A stretch of DNA of 64,000 nucleotides from Gemmatimonadales bacterium (GTDB lineage Bacteria > Gemmatimonadota > Gemmatimonadetes > Gemmatimonadales > GWC2-71-9). Position 1 is the first letter of the stretch. Each line of letters opens with the position of its first letter. The notes under the pieces were generated by a model. That model searched no databases, had not been told where the DNA came from, and saw only the letters and a list, made by a program, of their open reading frames with translations. The translations under genes were made by a program, and so were the position numbers. Below, piece after piece: positions 1 to 9,514 of this stretch. The stretch is from assembly GCA_039917855.1 (NCBI GenBank), contig JBDSIR010000098.1, forward strand, positions 13,000-76,999. The letters are read 5' to 3'.

Positions 1-1692
1 CCCCGCCGAGGCCTGGGACCTGAGGCCCGGAGCCTGAGGCACGAATTCGTCGGACCAGGGTTCCACCGCGACGATCCCGCGCCCCCCACCCTGAAGCTGG
101 TAGGCGTACCGGCCCGGCCGGAGCCGCACGTTGGTCCGCCCTTCACCATCGAACAGGAGCGTGTCGACCCGGGTAGCGGAATCGCCGGCGAAGGTCGCGA
201 TGAGCGGGTGCGTCGGGAGCGGAGCACCCCATGCGAAGACGATCGGCCGCCCGAGCGGCACCACGTGGCGCAGCGGCCGCGCCGCGCCTGTCAGGGTATC
301 GCCGGCCCCGAGGAGCCAATTGGCGGAGGCGGCAATGACCTGGCGGTACGCCTCCTCTCCGCCGCCGGGACGGAACGCCCAGCGCCAGAAGCCGTCGGCC
401 GCGGTGAGAAGGGTCCGGATCCCCGTTGAATCGCGGCCCACGATGATCGGTCGCTCCACCCCTCGCCGGCCGAGCTGCGCGGAAAGCCCCACCCAGGCAC
501 GGGCATCGGGCTCGATCGGGGTGACGCGGGCGAGGGGTGGGAGCGAGTCCACCGCGACACCACTCCATGCCCCGGCGAGCGGTGAGGCCCCGGCGGCCGG
601 CACCGCATACCAGTCCCCGTCGAGCTGGGTCTCTCCCCCTTCGCCGCTGGGCCAGCGCCAGATGCCCCGCGGCCGCGCCCCGCGCACGATGTCGCCCGGG
701 TCGCCTTTGAGGACGAGGAGGTCGGCGCCCCGTGCCGCCCGCGCGACCTGCTCGACCGGCACCGGGCGCATATCCTCCATCGAGCGCCACCCTGCCGCCC
801 CGTAACGCACGTACCCCTTCACGGGGAGCGCGGCGACGTCTCGGAGGGTGGCATGGAGTTGGCGCGCGTCCCAGTCGGGGGGCGCAGCGAGGAGGACGAC
901 ACCCGGGAGCGGGCTCACCCGCACCAGGAGCTGCCGCGCATCATCGCGGGGCTCGGCGTCCCTCGCGGCCTTCACCTGGACAATGAGGAGATGGTCACCC
1001 GCCCCGAGGGTCCGCGACGGAAGGAGGAGCGTGACCCGGCCACCACCAGGGCCGAGCTCCACGTCGGGCAACAGGAGTCGCCGCTTCCCAGCCACCAGCA
1101 CTTCGAGCGTTGCCGTCGACGCCGCCCCGCCGAATCGACCGAGTTCGACCTCGATGCGAAGGGTGTCGCCCAGCGTGAGCCGTTCTGGGGCCTCGAGCCG
1201 GAGGACCGCCACGTCCGGGACGGCGGCCCGAGGGAAGAGGCGCACCGATGCGCGGGCCAGGAGGTCGGGTGGCAGGTCGCGCGCATCCGCGACGGCGCCG
1301 TCCGTGACGATCACCACGGGACGGTCCATGGCGGTCGCCGCGAGAAGTGCTGGCAAGAGAACGGAACTCGCAAAACCGGGAGCGGAATCCGGCCCGGTCG
1401 GGTCCCTCCCGAAGTAGCGCACCTCCCCCCACCGCATCGCCGAATCCTCGGCCTCCTCCCCCCTGGCTCCGACCGCACGCATCGAGAGCGAGCCGTCGAG
1501 CAGCACGAGCGGCCGGCGCGCCGCTTCCGGGCGGGCGCAGGTCAGGTCGAGGAGGAGAAGGGCAAGCAGCGCACCTGCGGTACCCCGGAGGCTGGCGAGC
1601 AGGCGTCCTTGGCGGCCGAGTCCCTCGAAGTAGAGATACGCGAGCCCTCCGACGCCGAAAGCGACGAGCGTCGCAAGGAGGGGCACGAACAC
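1..1692 (-). CDS. membrane protein with N-terminal double-TM segment and vWA-like region (BatA-like); 3' end lies beyond the window
   Basis: The third minus-strand frame has no stop anywhere in 1-1692, so it is missing from the ORF track, which only lists stop-closed ORFs. Hand translation from GTG at 1692 gives VFVPLLATLVAFGVGGLAYLYFEGLGRQGRLLASLRGTAGALLALLLLDL (two hydrophobic helices), then RPLVLLDGSLSMR. Third codon positions are GC-rich. It begins 2 nt after the hisA stop. Plus-strand ORF 853-1749 is its antisense shadow. Confidence 0.6.
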   Translation of the reverse strand, partial: MFVPLLATLVAFGVGGLAYLYFEGLGRQGRLLASLRGTAGALLALLLLDLTCARPEAARRPLVLLDGSLSMRAVGARGEEAEDSAMRWGEVRYFGRDPTGPDSAPGFASSVLLPALLAATAMDRPVVIVTDGAVADARDLPPDLLARASVRLFPRAAVPDVAVLRLEAPERLTLGDTLRIEVELGRFGGAASTATLEVLVAGKRRLLLPDVELGPGGGRVTLLLPSRTLGAGDHLLIVQVKAARDAEPRDDARQLLVRVSPLPGVVLLAAPPDWDARQLHATLRDVAALPVKGYVRYGAAGWRSMEDMRPVPVEQVARAARGADLLVLKGDPGDIVRGARPRGIWRWPSGEGGETQLDGDWYAVPAAGASPLAGAWSGVAVDSLPPLARVTPIEPDARAWVGLSAQLGRRGVERPIIVGRDSTGIRTLLTAADGFWRWAFRPGGGEEAYRQVIAASANWLLGAGDTLTGAARPLRHVVPLGRPIVFAWGAPLPTHPLIATFAGDSATRVDTLLFDGEGRTNVRLRPGRYAYQLQGGGRGIVAVEPWSDEFVPQAPGLRSQASAG

Positions 1693-1694
1693 GA

Positions 1695-2420
1695 TCAGAT
1701 GTCGAGCAGCGCGGTGAGCGCTTCGGGAAGGGTGAAGCGCCCTTCGTAGAGCGCCCGCCCGACGATCACTCCCGCCACCGCGGTGGCCCGGGCCCGGAGG
1801 AGGTCATCGAGCGACCCGACGCCACCGCTCAAGATGACCCCCGCTCCGCTGGCGCTCTGCAGCTCCACGGCGCCGACGAAGTCGGGTCCCGCCAGCATCC
1901 CGTCGCGAGCGATGTCGGTGTAGACGATCGTCCGTACCCCTTCGCCCGCCACCCGGATGGCGACGTCGCGTGCCATCACGGTGGAGGTCTCCTGCCAGCC
2001 GCGGAGCGCGACCAGGCCATTGCGGGCATCGAGACCGACCGCCACCCGCGGCTGACCCAGGAGCCCGAGCGCCTGCGGCACCAGTTCAGGATTCGTGACG
2101 ACCGCGGAGCCGAGGATGAACCGCGTCACCTCGAGGTCCTGGACCTCGCGGAGCCGGTCGATGGTCCGGAGGCCGCCGCCGAGCTGGATGCGGAGATGGC
2201 TTCCTACCCGGGTCACGATCCGCCCGATCAACCCGGAGTTGTCGCCGTCGCCGAACGCGCGGTCGAGATCCACGAGGTGCAGCCACCGCGCGCCCTGCAT
2301 GCCGAACCGTTCGGCCAGCGCGACGGGATCATCATCGTACCTGGTCTCGCGCCCCGCCTCACCCTGGGCGAGGCGGACGACGCGACCGAACCGGATGTCG
2401 ATGGCAGGGAAGAGATCCAT
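1695..2420 (-). CDS. hisA: ProFAR isomerase HisA (or HisA/PriA type)
   Basis: MDLFPAIDIRFGRVVRL... TIM-barrel HisA N-terminus, LHLVDLDRAF, GGGLR, IVGRALYEG. Start reset to the ATG at 2420 (residue 48 of the 288-aa track ORF). Confidence 0.85.
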   Translation of the reverse strand: MDLFPAIDIRFGRVVRLAQGEAGRETRYDDDPVALAERFGMQGARWLHLVDLDRAFGDGDNSGLIGRIVTRVGSHLRIQLGGGLRTIDRLREVQDLEVTRFILGSAVVTNPELVPQALGLLGQPRVAVGLDARNGLVALRGWQETSTVMARDVAIRVAGEGVRTIVYTDIARDGMLAGPDFVGAVELQSASGAGVILSGGVGSLDDLLRARATAVAGVIVGRALYEGRFTLPEALTALLDI

Positions 2421-2457
2421 TTGTGGTCTTCGACGGCCTGACGGGCCATCCCACAGT

Positions 2458-3684
2458 TCAGGGGTGTTGCACGAGGTGCTGCGGCGAGTAGAGCATCGCG
2501 GCGAGTCGGGCCCGCTCACGGTTGAAGTCGGCCCGCGCGTCGATCGCGACGGGGGCGCCATCGGCGGCCTTGATGGAGCGCGGGTCCCGGGCCATTCCCC
2601 CTACCCGGAACTCGTAGTGCAGGTGGGGTCCGGTGGAGAGACCGGTGGATCCGACCGCACCGATCCGCGCTTCCTGCTTGACCCGTTGCCCAATGCGGAC
2701 GTCGATGCGCGAGAGGTGCCCATACCGGGTGATGATCCCGTTGGCGTGCCGGAGCTCGACCAGATTGCCGTAACCGCCGCTCCGGCCGGCGCGCATCACC
2801 AGACCGTCTCCGGCGGCCATCACCGGCGTGCCCATGGCCGCGGAGTAGTCGAGTCCTTCGTGCTTCTTCCAGGTCCCCAGGATCGGGTGGGTGCGACCCC
2901 CGAATCCCGAAGCGAGCCGGCGGAACTGGAGCGGGGCCCGGAGGAAGGCGCGACGGAGCGACTTTCCCTGGTCGTCGTAGTAACCACCCGCCGTGCCGGG
3001 ACCGTCGAAGCGGAACGCAGTGTAATCGCGCCCTCCGACCACGAGATCGCCGGCGAGGACCCTGCTGAACCGGACCTCGCCCTGAGGCGTGGTCATCCGC
3101 TCGACCAGGAGCCGGTAATGGTCGCCCGGCCGGATGTCGCGGGTGAAGTCGATCTCCCACGCGTAGACGTCGGCCAGCTCCCAGGCGAGCGCGTCGCGCT
3201 GCGACTTGGGCAGGAGCGAATCGGGGATGCTCCTGTCGAGCGCCTGGTAAAGTGTGTTGTCGATCGAGCCTTCGACCCGCACGATGCTCGGCCGCCAGTC
3301 GATCGGGACGGCAGCGGCCATCCAGGCCGAATCGCTGAAGGCGATGGTGGCCCGCTGTTCGCGCGACAAGCGGAAGGTGACCTCCGCCGGATTCGAATCG
3401 CTCACGTGGCGGCGGAACTCGAAGACCGTCCCCGGGCGCATCCGCCGGAGGTCCACGGCCAGTTGCGCGGCCACCGCGGTGAATTCCGCACCGGTGACCC
3501 GGTTCCGGGCGAAGAGACCCGAGAGGGTCTCGCCGGCACGCAGCGTGTCCACGGTCTGCACCCACGGGATCGCGACCACGGCCGGAGACACCAGCGGGCG
3601 GGGCCACGGCCAAGCACCGCGGGCCCACGCGATCAGCGCGAGCCCGACGATGCATGCAGGAACGAATCGCGTGAAGCGCGCCAT
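2458..3684 (-). CDS. M23 family metallopeptidase (EnvC/NlpD-like) with N-terminal membrane anchor
   Basis: C-terminal M23 motifs HEGLDY, GYGNLVELRHANGIITRYGHL, GSTGLSTGPHLHYEF. N-terminal hydrophobic segment. The ATG at 3684 shares 1 nt with the ftsZ stop (TGATG). Confidence 0.85.
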   Translation of the reverse strand: MARFTRFVPACIVGLALIAWARGAWPWPRPLVSPAVVAIPWVQTVDTLRAGETLSGLFARNRVTGAEFTAVAAQLAVDLRRMRPGTVFEFRRHVSDSNPAEVTFRLSREQRATIAFSDSAWMAAAVPIDWRPSIVRVEGSIDNTLYQALDRSIPDSLLPKSQRDALAWELADVYAWEIDFTRDIRPGDHYRLLVERMTTPQGEVRFSRVLAGDLVVGGRDYTAFRFDGPGTAGGYYDDQGKSLRRAFLRAPLQFRRLASGFGGRTHPILGTWKKHEGLDYSAAMGTPVMAAGDGLVMRAGRSGGYGNLVELRHANGIITRYGHLSRIDVRIGQRVKQEARIGAVGSTGLSTGPHLHYEFRVGGMARDPRSIKAADGAPVAIDARADFNRERARLAAMLYSPQHLVQHP

Positions 3685-4841
3685 CAATCCATCTGACGTC
3701 TGATGAAGGTCGGGATATCCATCTCGTCCGACGCGGACGACCCGGTGGCCTTCTTGGTCTCAGGCTTCGGCGCCGGCGTGGTGGCCTGGGGCGCCGGTGG
3801 CGGAGAGGGCTTCTTGGTGTTCGGGAAGGGGAGCACATTGGCGCTGTTCCCGATCGACCGCATGCCGGGCTCGCCCGACACCTGACGGTCGAAGCCGGTC
3901 GCGATGACGGTGACCCGCACCTCGCCCTGCATCGCTTCGTCCACCCGGTTCCCGAAGATGATCTCGGCCTCGCCGCCGGCAGCGTCGTGGATGATGTCGT
4001 TGATGCGAGTGAGCTCATCCATCGTGAGGTCGGGGCCGTGGGTGATGTTGATCAGCACCCCGGTGGCCCCCTGGATGGAGACGTTGTCCAGGAGCGGGCT
4101 CGAGATGGCCTGCTGCGCCGCCTCCATCGAGCGGTTCTCGCCCCGACCGGTGCCGGTGCCCATGAGGGCGGCGCCGCCGTTCTGCATGATGGTGCGCACG
4201 TCGGCGAAGTCGACGTTGATCATCCCGGTGTGGGTGATCAGGTCGGCGATGCCCTGGGTGGCGTGGAGCAGCACCTCGTCGGCCTTCTTGAGCGCGTCGG
4301 TGAACGGGATCTGCTTGCCGACCACCGCCATGAGGCGTTCGTTCGGCACGACGATCATCGTGTCGACGCTCTTGCGGAGCTCGGCGATGCCAAGTTCCGC
4401 CTGCTTCATCCGCTTTTTGCCCTCGAACAGGAAGGGCTTGGTGACGATGCCGATGCTGAGCGCGCCGATGTCGCGCGCCAGCTGGGCGATGATCGGCGCC
4501 GAACCGGTGCCGGTGCCGCCACCCATCCCGCAGGTCACGAACACGAGGTCCGCCCCCTGGATGGCCTGGAGCACGTCGTCGCGATCCTCCTCGATCGCCT
4601 GGCGGCCGATCTCCGGCCTGGCCCCGGCGCCGAGTCCCTTGGTGAGCTTCTTCCCGATCTGCACCTTCACGTCCGACCGCGACGTGGCCAGCGCCTGGCT
4701 GTCGGTGTTGACCGAGATGAACTTCACGCCCTTGAGGCCTTCGGCGATCATCCGGTTGACGGCGTTCCCGCCGCCGCCGCCGACACCGACGACCTTGAGG
4801 TTGGCGTGCTGCGCCACCGTCTCATCGAGCTCGAAGATCAT
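3684..4841 (-). CDS. ftsZ: cell division GTPase FtsZ
   Basis: VVGVGGGGGNAVNRM, NTDSQAL, tubulin signature GMGGGTGTGSAPIIA, and the conserved C-terminal peptide DIPTFIRRQ. Confidence 0.97.
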   Translation of the reverse strand: MIFELDETVAQHANLKVVGVGGGGGNAVNRMIAEGLKGVKFISVNTDSQALATSRSDVKVQIGKKLTKGLGAGARPEIGRQAIEEDRDDVLQAIQGADLVFVTCGMGGGTGTGSAPIIAQLARDIGALSIGIVTKPFLFEGKKRMKQAELGIAELRKSVDTMIVVPNERLMAVVGKQIPFTDALKKADEVLLHATQGIADLITHTGMINVDFADVRTIMQNGGAALMGTGTGRGENRSMEAAQQAISSPLLDNVSIQGATGVLINITHGPDLTMDELTRINDIIHDAAGGEAEIIFGNRVDEAMQGEVRVTVIATGFDRQVSGEPGMRSIGNSANVLPFPNTKKPSPPPAPQATTPAPKPETKKATGSSASDEMDIPTFIRRQMD

Positions 4842-4859
4842 GCGTTGCTCCCGCGTCGG

Positions 4860-6113
4860 CTAGAAGAAGTCCTGGAACCACTGCTTCACCGGACCCAGCC
4901 ACCTCTCGACGGGCAGACCACGCCGCCCGCCCATCCCGAATCCCTGCCCTTCGGCCCGCTTGCGCGCCCCGTAGAGCGCCAGTCCCGCGACCACCGCCAT
5001 CCGGGGCGGCTCGACCCCGTCGGCGAGGCCGGTGAGCCCCTGCTCCGCCTTGCCCACCCGCACCGGCATCGCCGCCACTTCGCGCGCCAACTCCACGATC
5101 CCCGGCGTCGAGGCACCGCCACCCACCAGCACCAGTCCCGCCGGCAGCCGCCCCTGATACCCCGCCCGGGTGATCTCGTCCTGTGCGAACTCGAGCACTT
5201 CCTGCAGCCGCATATGCATGATGTGGGCGAGCACCTGGCGCGACACCGTCCGCGTCCCCTGCCCGGGCGTACTAGGAAGCTCGATGATATCGCTTCCCGG
5301 CACCAGTGCCTCGTACGCCCCGCCGGAACGCTCCTTGAGCTTCTCGGCGTCCGACTGGGTCACCTGGAGCCCATGCACAATGTCGTTGGTGACGTGCCCG
5401 CCAGAGCAACGGAATGACACAGTATGCCGGATCCTCCCCCCCTGGAACACAGCCACGTTGGTGCTCCCACCCCCCAGATCCACCAGCGCGCAGCCGAGCT
5501 CGAGCTCGTCGGCTGTGAGGACGGGGAGCGAGGCGGCCAGCGGCTCCAGTACGAACTCCTCCACGTGATACCCCGCTCGCTCCACGCACTTCTTGAGGTT
5601 CTGCAGCGCGTTGGAGTACACCGTGACGAGGTAGACCTCCGCCTCGAGCCGCGAGCCCGACATCCCGAGCGGCTCGTTGATCCCCGGCTGCTGATCCACC
5701 CGGTACTCCTGCGGGATGGCGTGCAGCAGCTCGTGGTCGCGGCCGAGCGACACGGTGCAGGCCACATCGTTGACGCGGGCCAGGTCGCCGGTGCGGATCT
5801 CTTCGCCGGTCACCGAGACGACGCCCTGCGAGCTCTTCCCCGCCACGTGCTCGCCGGCGATGCCGCAGAAGACCGAGCCGACCTCCACCCCCGCCATCCG
5901 CTGCGCATCGGCGAGTGCCTTGATGATGGCGCGGGTGGCCTCTTCGATGTCGCGCACCACGCCGCGCCGCACTCCGTTGGAGCGTTCGACCCCGACGCCG
6001 AGCACGCGGGCCGTCGGGCGGCGAACATCGCCCCCCGCTTCGGCCACCACCGCCGTCACCTTGGTGGAGCCCAGATCCAGGGCCGCCACCAGTTTCGTAG
6101 GTGCCGTGCTCAC
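4860..6113 (-). CDS. ftsA: cell division protein FtsA
   Basis: Actin-like ATPase motifs ALDLGSTKVTAVVAE and VDLGGGSTNVAVF. Start set to the GTG at 6113, which forms a GTGA overlap with the ftsQ stop. The preceding 233 codons of the 650-aa track ORF are Arg/Gly-rich and overlap ftsQ. Confidence 0.9.
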   Translation of the reverse strand: MSTAPTKLVAALDLGSTKVTAVVAEAGGDVRRPTARVLGVGVERSNGVRRGVVRDIEEATRAIIKALADAQRMAGVEVGSVFCGIAGEHVAGKSSQGVVSVTGEEIRTGDLARVNDVACTVSLGRDHELLHAIPQEYRVDQQPGINEPLGMSGSRLEAEVYLVTVYSNALQNLKKCVERAGYHVEEFVLEPLAASLPVLTADELELGCALVDLGGGSTNVAVFQGGRIRHTVSFRCSGGHVTNDIVHGLQVTQSDAEKLKERSGGAYEALVPGSDIIELPSTPGQGTRTVSRQVLAHIMHMRLQEVLEFAQDEITRAGYQGRLPAGLVLVGGGASTPGIVELAREVAAMPVRVGKAEQGLTGLADGVEPPRMAVVAGLALYGARKRAEGQGFGMGGRRGLPVERWLGPVKQWFQDFF

Positions 6114-6796
6114 GCGTCCCCTCCTCGCACAATGACCTGACCGGCCCAGCGGCCGTCGAGCTCTCGCCAGGGGCGGCCAAGGCGGGCCAGGTCCTGCGCC
6201 ACCGCCGTCACCGCCCGGATCGTTTCCATCGACGCGTCCGGCCGGAACACCAGCCGCCGCCGCGCCACCGACAAAACTACCCAGCGACCATCCCGTTCCG
6301 CGCTGCTCACCTGGGCGAAGAGGGCCGGATCGGCCGCCAGCACCTGTCCCAGGAGCTTCCCGACCAGGCTGTCCGCCCGCGCTGTGAGCGGGAGATCGGG
6401 CGCCGCCAGGCTCGGATCGAACGGGAGGAGCCGCCCCGTCGCATCCATCGCCGCCAGCCCTTCGCGCCCCGGCACCAGCGCCACCGGCGCCACTTCGGTG
6501 ATCGTCACCCGGATCGTTCCCGGCACTCGCCGCGAGACCTCGGCGGAGACCACGCCCGGGATCGCGCGCGCCCGTCGCTCGATCGGCGCCACATCGTCGA
6601 ACACGCTCGCCCGCCGTCCCAGGGCCAGTCCGCGCATCACCTCCGCGCGACCCAGATACTGCAACCCCACCAGCTCCACTCGGCGCACCCGGAAGAAGTC
6701 GATCCTCCGGAGTACCCGCGGGGCGAATGCCCAGGTCAGCACGGCAAGGACCAGTGCATAGAGCCCCAACCAGCCCGGCCTCAGGAATCGGCCCAT
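6110..6796 (-). CDS. ftsQ: cell division protein FtsQ (POTRA domain)
   Basis: N-terminal TM (WLGLYALVLAVLTWAF) followed by POTRA-like FFRVRRVELVGLQYL. Sits in the canonical slot between murC and ftsA. Confidence 0.8.
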   Translation of the reverse strand: MGRFLRPGWLGLYALVLAVLTWAFAPRVLRRIDFFRVRRVELVGLQYLGRAEVMRGLALGRRASVFDDVAPIERRARAIPGVVSAEVSRRVPGTIRVTITEVAPVALVPGREGLAAMDATGRLLPFDPSLAAPDLPLTARADSLVGKLLGQVLAADPALFAQVSSAERDGRWVVLSVARRRLVFRPDASMETIRAVTAVAQDLARLGRPWRELDGRWAGQVIVRGGDA

Positions 6797-8151
6797 CGCG
6801 CCACCAATCCACGTCCGACCTTGGTCACATCTCCGGCGCCGAGGGTCAGTACCACATCCCCCGATCGCGCCTCAGCGGCCACTGCATCATCGAGTTCGTC
6901 CCGGCCCGGCACGAAGATCGACCGCCCACCCGACAAACCCACCGCCTGCGCCACCACCTCGCCCGTCACCCCGGCCACCGGATCCTCGCGGGCCGCGTAG
7001 ACGTCCGCCACGATCGCCAGGTCGGCCTGGGCCAGCGCCCGTCCCATCGCCTCACCGTGCATCTGGGTCCGCGAAAAGAGGTGGGGCTGGAACACTGCCA
7101 CCAACCGTCGTCCGGGAAAGGCCTGTCGCGCCGCCGCGATCGTCGCCACCAGCTCCGAGGGATGATGGGCGTAGTCATCGACGAAGATGATCCCCTTCGC
7201 CTCGCCCAGCCGCTCGAACCGTCGCCCCGCACCGGTGAACTGTGCCAGCGCACCCAGCGCCGCATCCACATCGCCCTCCAGTGCCACCACCGTGCCCAGG
7301 GCCGCCGTCGCATTCAGGATGTTGTGCATCCCCGGCACCGCCAGCCGGAGCACCACCCGCCGCCCATCAGGGAGGCGCACGTGGGCGCTGGTCCCTTTTG
7401 GTCCCTGCTCCACCTGCCCGATCCGGAGATCGGCATCGCCGGTACCGAATCGCCAGACCTGGTTTTTGAGTCGTGCGGCCACCCGTGAGGCGCCGGGGTC
7501 GTCGGTACCGACCAGCGCGATCCGTCCCCGCCCTGCGAACTCCACGAACGCGTCCTCGATGGCACCCAGGGTGCCGTACACCTCGAGATGATCGGCTTCG
7601 ACGTTGTTGACCACGGCGATGCCGGGTCGAAGCTCGAGGAATGCGCGATCGTACTCGTCCGCCTCGACCACGAAGAGCTGATCACCCCCGATGCGGGCAT
7701 TGCCACCCCACTGCGCCACTCGGCCACCCGCCAGACCGGTCGGATCCTTCCCCGCGGCAGCCAACGCTTCGGCGGCCATCACCGTGGTAGTGGTCTTCCC
7801 ATGAGTCCCCGCGAGGGCCACCACCTGGTGCGGGTTCACCAGGTCCGCCAGCGCTCGCTTCCGCGGAACGACAGGGATCCCCGCGGCGCGGGCGGCAAGC
7901 AATTCCGGATGGTCGGCTGGGATCGCCGCGGTCACCACCACTGCGCGGGCCCCCGCGACGTGGGCCGGGTCGTGCCCGGCCAGGACGGTCGCTCCGAGGG
8001 CCGCCACGTCGGCGGCGCCCGCTGGATCGGTGTCACACCCGGTCACTTTGACCCCGCGTCGCGAGGCAAGGAGGGCCAGGGCGCTCATCCCGGCGCCGCC
8101 GATGCCCATGAAGTGAACTGGGCGGGTGTCCGAGGGTGAGAACAGATCCAT
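6781..8151 (-). CDS. murC: UDP-N-acetylmuramate--L-alanine ligase
   Basis: HFMGIGGAGMSALA and GTHGKTTTT Mur ligase motifs; dcw position. Confidence 0.95.
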   Translation of the reverse strand: MDLFSPSDTRPVHFMGIGGAGMSALALLASRRGVKVTGCDTDPAGAADVAALGATVLAGHDPAHVAGARAVVVTAAIPADHPELLAARAAGIPVVPRKRALADLVNPHQVVALAGTHGKTTTTVMAAEALAAAGKDPTGLAGGRVAQWGGNARIGGDQLFVVEADEYDRAFLELRPGIAVVNNVEADHLEVYGTLGAIEDAFVEFAGRGRIALVGTDDPGASRVAARLKNQVWRFGTGDADLRIGQVEQGPKGTSAHVRLPDGRRVVLRLAVPGMHNILNATAALGTVVALEGDVDAALGALAQFTGAGRRFERLGEAKGIIFVDDYAHHPSELVATIAAARQAFPGRRLVAVFQPHLFSRTQMHGEAMGRALAQADLAIVADVYAAREDPVAGVTGEVVAQAVGLSGGRSIFVPGRDELDDAVAAEARSGDVVLTLGAGDVTKVGRGLVARWADS

Positions 8152-8167
8152 TGGTTGGAAGGCTAAT

Positions 8168-9292
8168 TTAATGAATCTTCGGGAGTTGCGAAAGAGCTTG
8201 CCCTCCCAAAAGTGTCAATAAATGTGACACTATGGCGTCGACGGCGTGGGGTCTTCCGCGCGCTTTGGCACGGGCCGCCATCGTCCGGCGGCGCCCCTCG
8301 TCTCCCAACAGCTCACCGATGATCCTCCCGAGGGCCAGGGTGCTGAGGCGGGACTGCGGCAGATGCACCGCCGCGCCTGCCACCTCGAGGGCGACCGCAT
8401 TGCCGGTCTGATGGTCCGCCGCCGCGGTGGGGAGCGGGATCAGGATCGATGGGATCCCCCAGGCACAAAGCTCCGCACCGGTCATCATTCCTGCCCTGGA
8501 AACAGCGATATCGGCCACCGCCAAGGCATCGGCCATCGGGTCGATGAAGTCATGGACCTGCACCACCGGCGCCCGATGGTGCTTGGCGAACTCGGCATGG
8601 CTCCCCCGCCCCGTGGCCCAGATCACGACGCACTTCTCGGCACCCCCCGCCTCGATCCACCCCGCCACTGCCCGATTGATCGCCACAGCGCCCTGACTCC
8701 CGCCGGTGATGAGAACCACCGGTTTCGAGCCATCGAGGCCGAAACGCTTCAGCGCCCCCTCGCGCCGCGCCGGATCGGGCGGAACGATCGGGTTGCCTGT
8801 GTCCCAGCACTTCGTCTTCGGCCCGAATATGAGGCGTTCCTTAGCTTCCGGTAGCCCGAGATAGACCTCATTGACCCGGTCGGAGAGCCAGCGGGTCGCG
8901 AGACCGGGGAGGGCATTCTGCTCCTGGATCGCGCTCGGAAGTCCGCGCCGCCCGGCGAACCAGACCGCCGGCGCCGAGGCGTAACCACCGGTCCCCACCA
9001 CCAGCGCCGGCCGCTCCTGGTCGAAGATGCGGCCAAGCTCGCGATAGACCTGCCACGCCACGAGGGGGAGGCGGGCGTTCCTCCACCACTGGTGGCGATA
9101 GAGCGGTTCGATGGAAAGGAGATGATGCCGGAAATTGCGGGTAGGGAGGAGCTGTGCTTCGATGCCGCGGGTGGCGCCGATCATCACCGGCTCGATGTCC
9201 GGTCGCTTGGCCCGGAGCGCCTCGGCGATTGCGAGCGCCGGCATCAGGTGGCCACCAGTGCCGCCGCCGGCGATGAGGATCCGGGTGGTCAC
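8168..9292 (-). CDS. murG: undecaprenyldiphospho-muramoylpentapeptide beta-N-acetylglucosaminyltransferase
   Basis: RILIAGGGTGGHLMPALAIAEAL N-terminus. Start reset to the GTG at 9292 (residue 43 of the track ORF); the upstream part is encoded by repeats. Confidence 0.92.
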   Translation of the reverse strand: MTTRILIAGGGTGGHLMPALAIAEALRAKRPDIEPVMIGATRGIEAQLLPTRNFRHHLLSIEPLYRHQWWRNARLPLVAWQVYRELGRIFDQERPALVVGTGGYASAPAVWFAGRRGLPSAIQEQNALPGLATRWLSDRVNEVYLGLPEAKERLIFGPKTKCWDTGNPIVPPDPARREGALKRFGLDGSKPVVLITGGSQGAVAINRAVAGWIEAGGAEKCVVIWATGRGSHAEFAKHHRAPVVQVHDFIDPMADALAVADIAVSRAGMMTGAELCAWGIPSILIPLPTAAADHQTGNAVALEVAGAAVHLPQSRLSTLALGRIIGELLGDEGRRRTMAARAKARGRPHAVDAIVSHLLTLLGGQALSQLPKIH

Positions 9293-9310
9293 TCGGCCCC
9301 CCGGGACGGC

Positions 9311-9338
9311 GTGAGCGGTGAGCGGTGAGCGGTGAGCG
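9311..9338. repeat. tandem heptamer array (GTGAGCG)x4
   Basis: Four perfect consecutive GTGAGCG units, read directly, 19 nt upstream of the murG start. Confidence 0.95.
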
Positions 9339-9400
9339 GTGGGTGCACTGCTTGAGTTCTCACGAGCTGACCTGAACGCCGCTGAGCGCCGGCAGTGGGA

Positions 9401-9443
9401 GGGGGCGTGAGCCCCCATGAGCCGAGTGGGGGCGTGAGCCCCC
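9401..9443. repeat. two direct copies of the 16-nt hairpin GGGGGCGTGAGCCCCC (27-nt period)
   Basis: GGGGGC-GTGA-GCCCCC occurs at 9401-9416 and 9428-9443, each preceded by GTGGG. No U-tract follows on the coding strand, so this is not a canonical terminator. Confidence 0.9.
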
Positions 9444-9451
9444 GAATATCG

Positions 9452-9482
9452 GTGCGGCCGCCGGCGATCAGGATGCGGGTGG
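9452..9482 (-). repeat. 31-nt duplicate of the murG 5' coding end (relic)
   Basis: gtgcggccgccggcgatcaggatgcgggtgg (9452-9482) versus gtgccgccgccggcgatgaggatccgggtgg (9258-9288). Identity is 28/31 by hand alignment, 194 nt apart. It encodes TRILIAGGRT versus the genuine TRILIAGGGT. Confidence 0.8.
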
Positions 9483-9514
9483 GGCGGTCGGGCGGTCCGG
9501 CGGTCGGGCGGTCA
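9483..9514. repeat. tandem octamer array (GGCGGTCN)x4
   Basis: ggcggtcg ggcggtcc ggcggtcg ggcggtca, read directly. The last unit contains the stop codon of the lipoprotein gene. Confidence 0.95.

Noticed and set aside
853-1749. 298-aa plus-strand ORF and other listed ORFs in 131-1749.
   Set aside because: Glu/Arg-rich antisense-type translation. The opposite strand carries a stop-free, GC3-rich frame across the whole interval with a plausible membrane-protein N-terminus directly after hisA.
4860-6812. Long N-terminal extensions in track ORFs: FtsA 650 aa, MurG 416, MurD 509, MurE 557, FtsL 200, MglA 297, CheA 652, CheY 146, RluD 401, ApaG 228, PdxH 247, Hpt 213, the DksA-like ORF 247, and others.
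   Set aside because: The extensions are Arg/Pro/Gly-rich, overlap the upstream gene in another frame, and precede an internal ATG/GTG/TTG that matches the family's normal N-terminus and forms a 4-nt overlap with the upstream stop. They are treated as longest-ORF artefacts.
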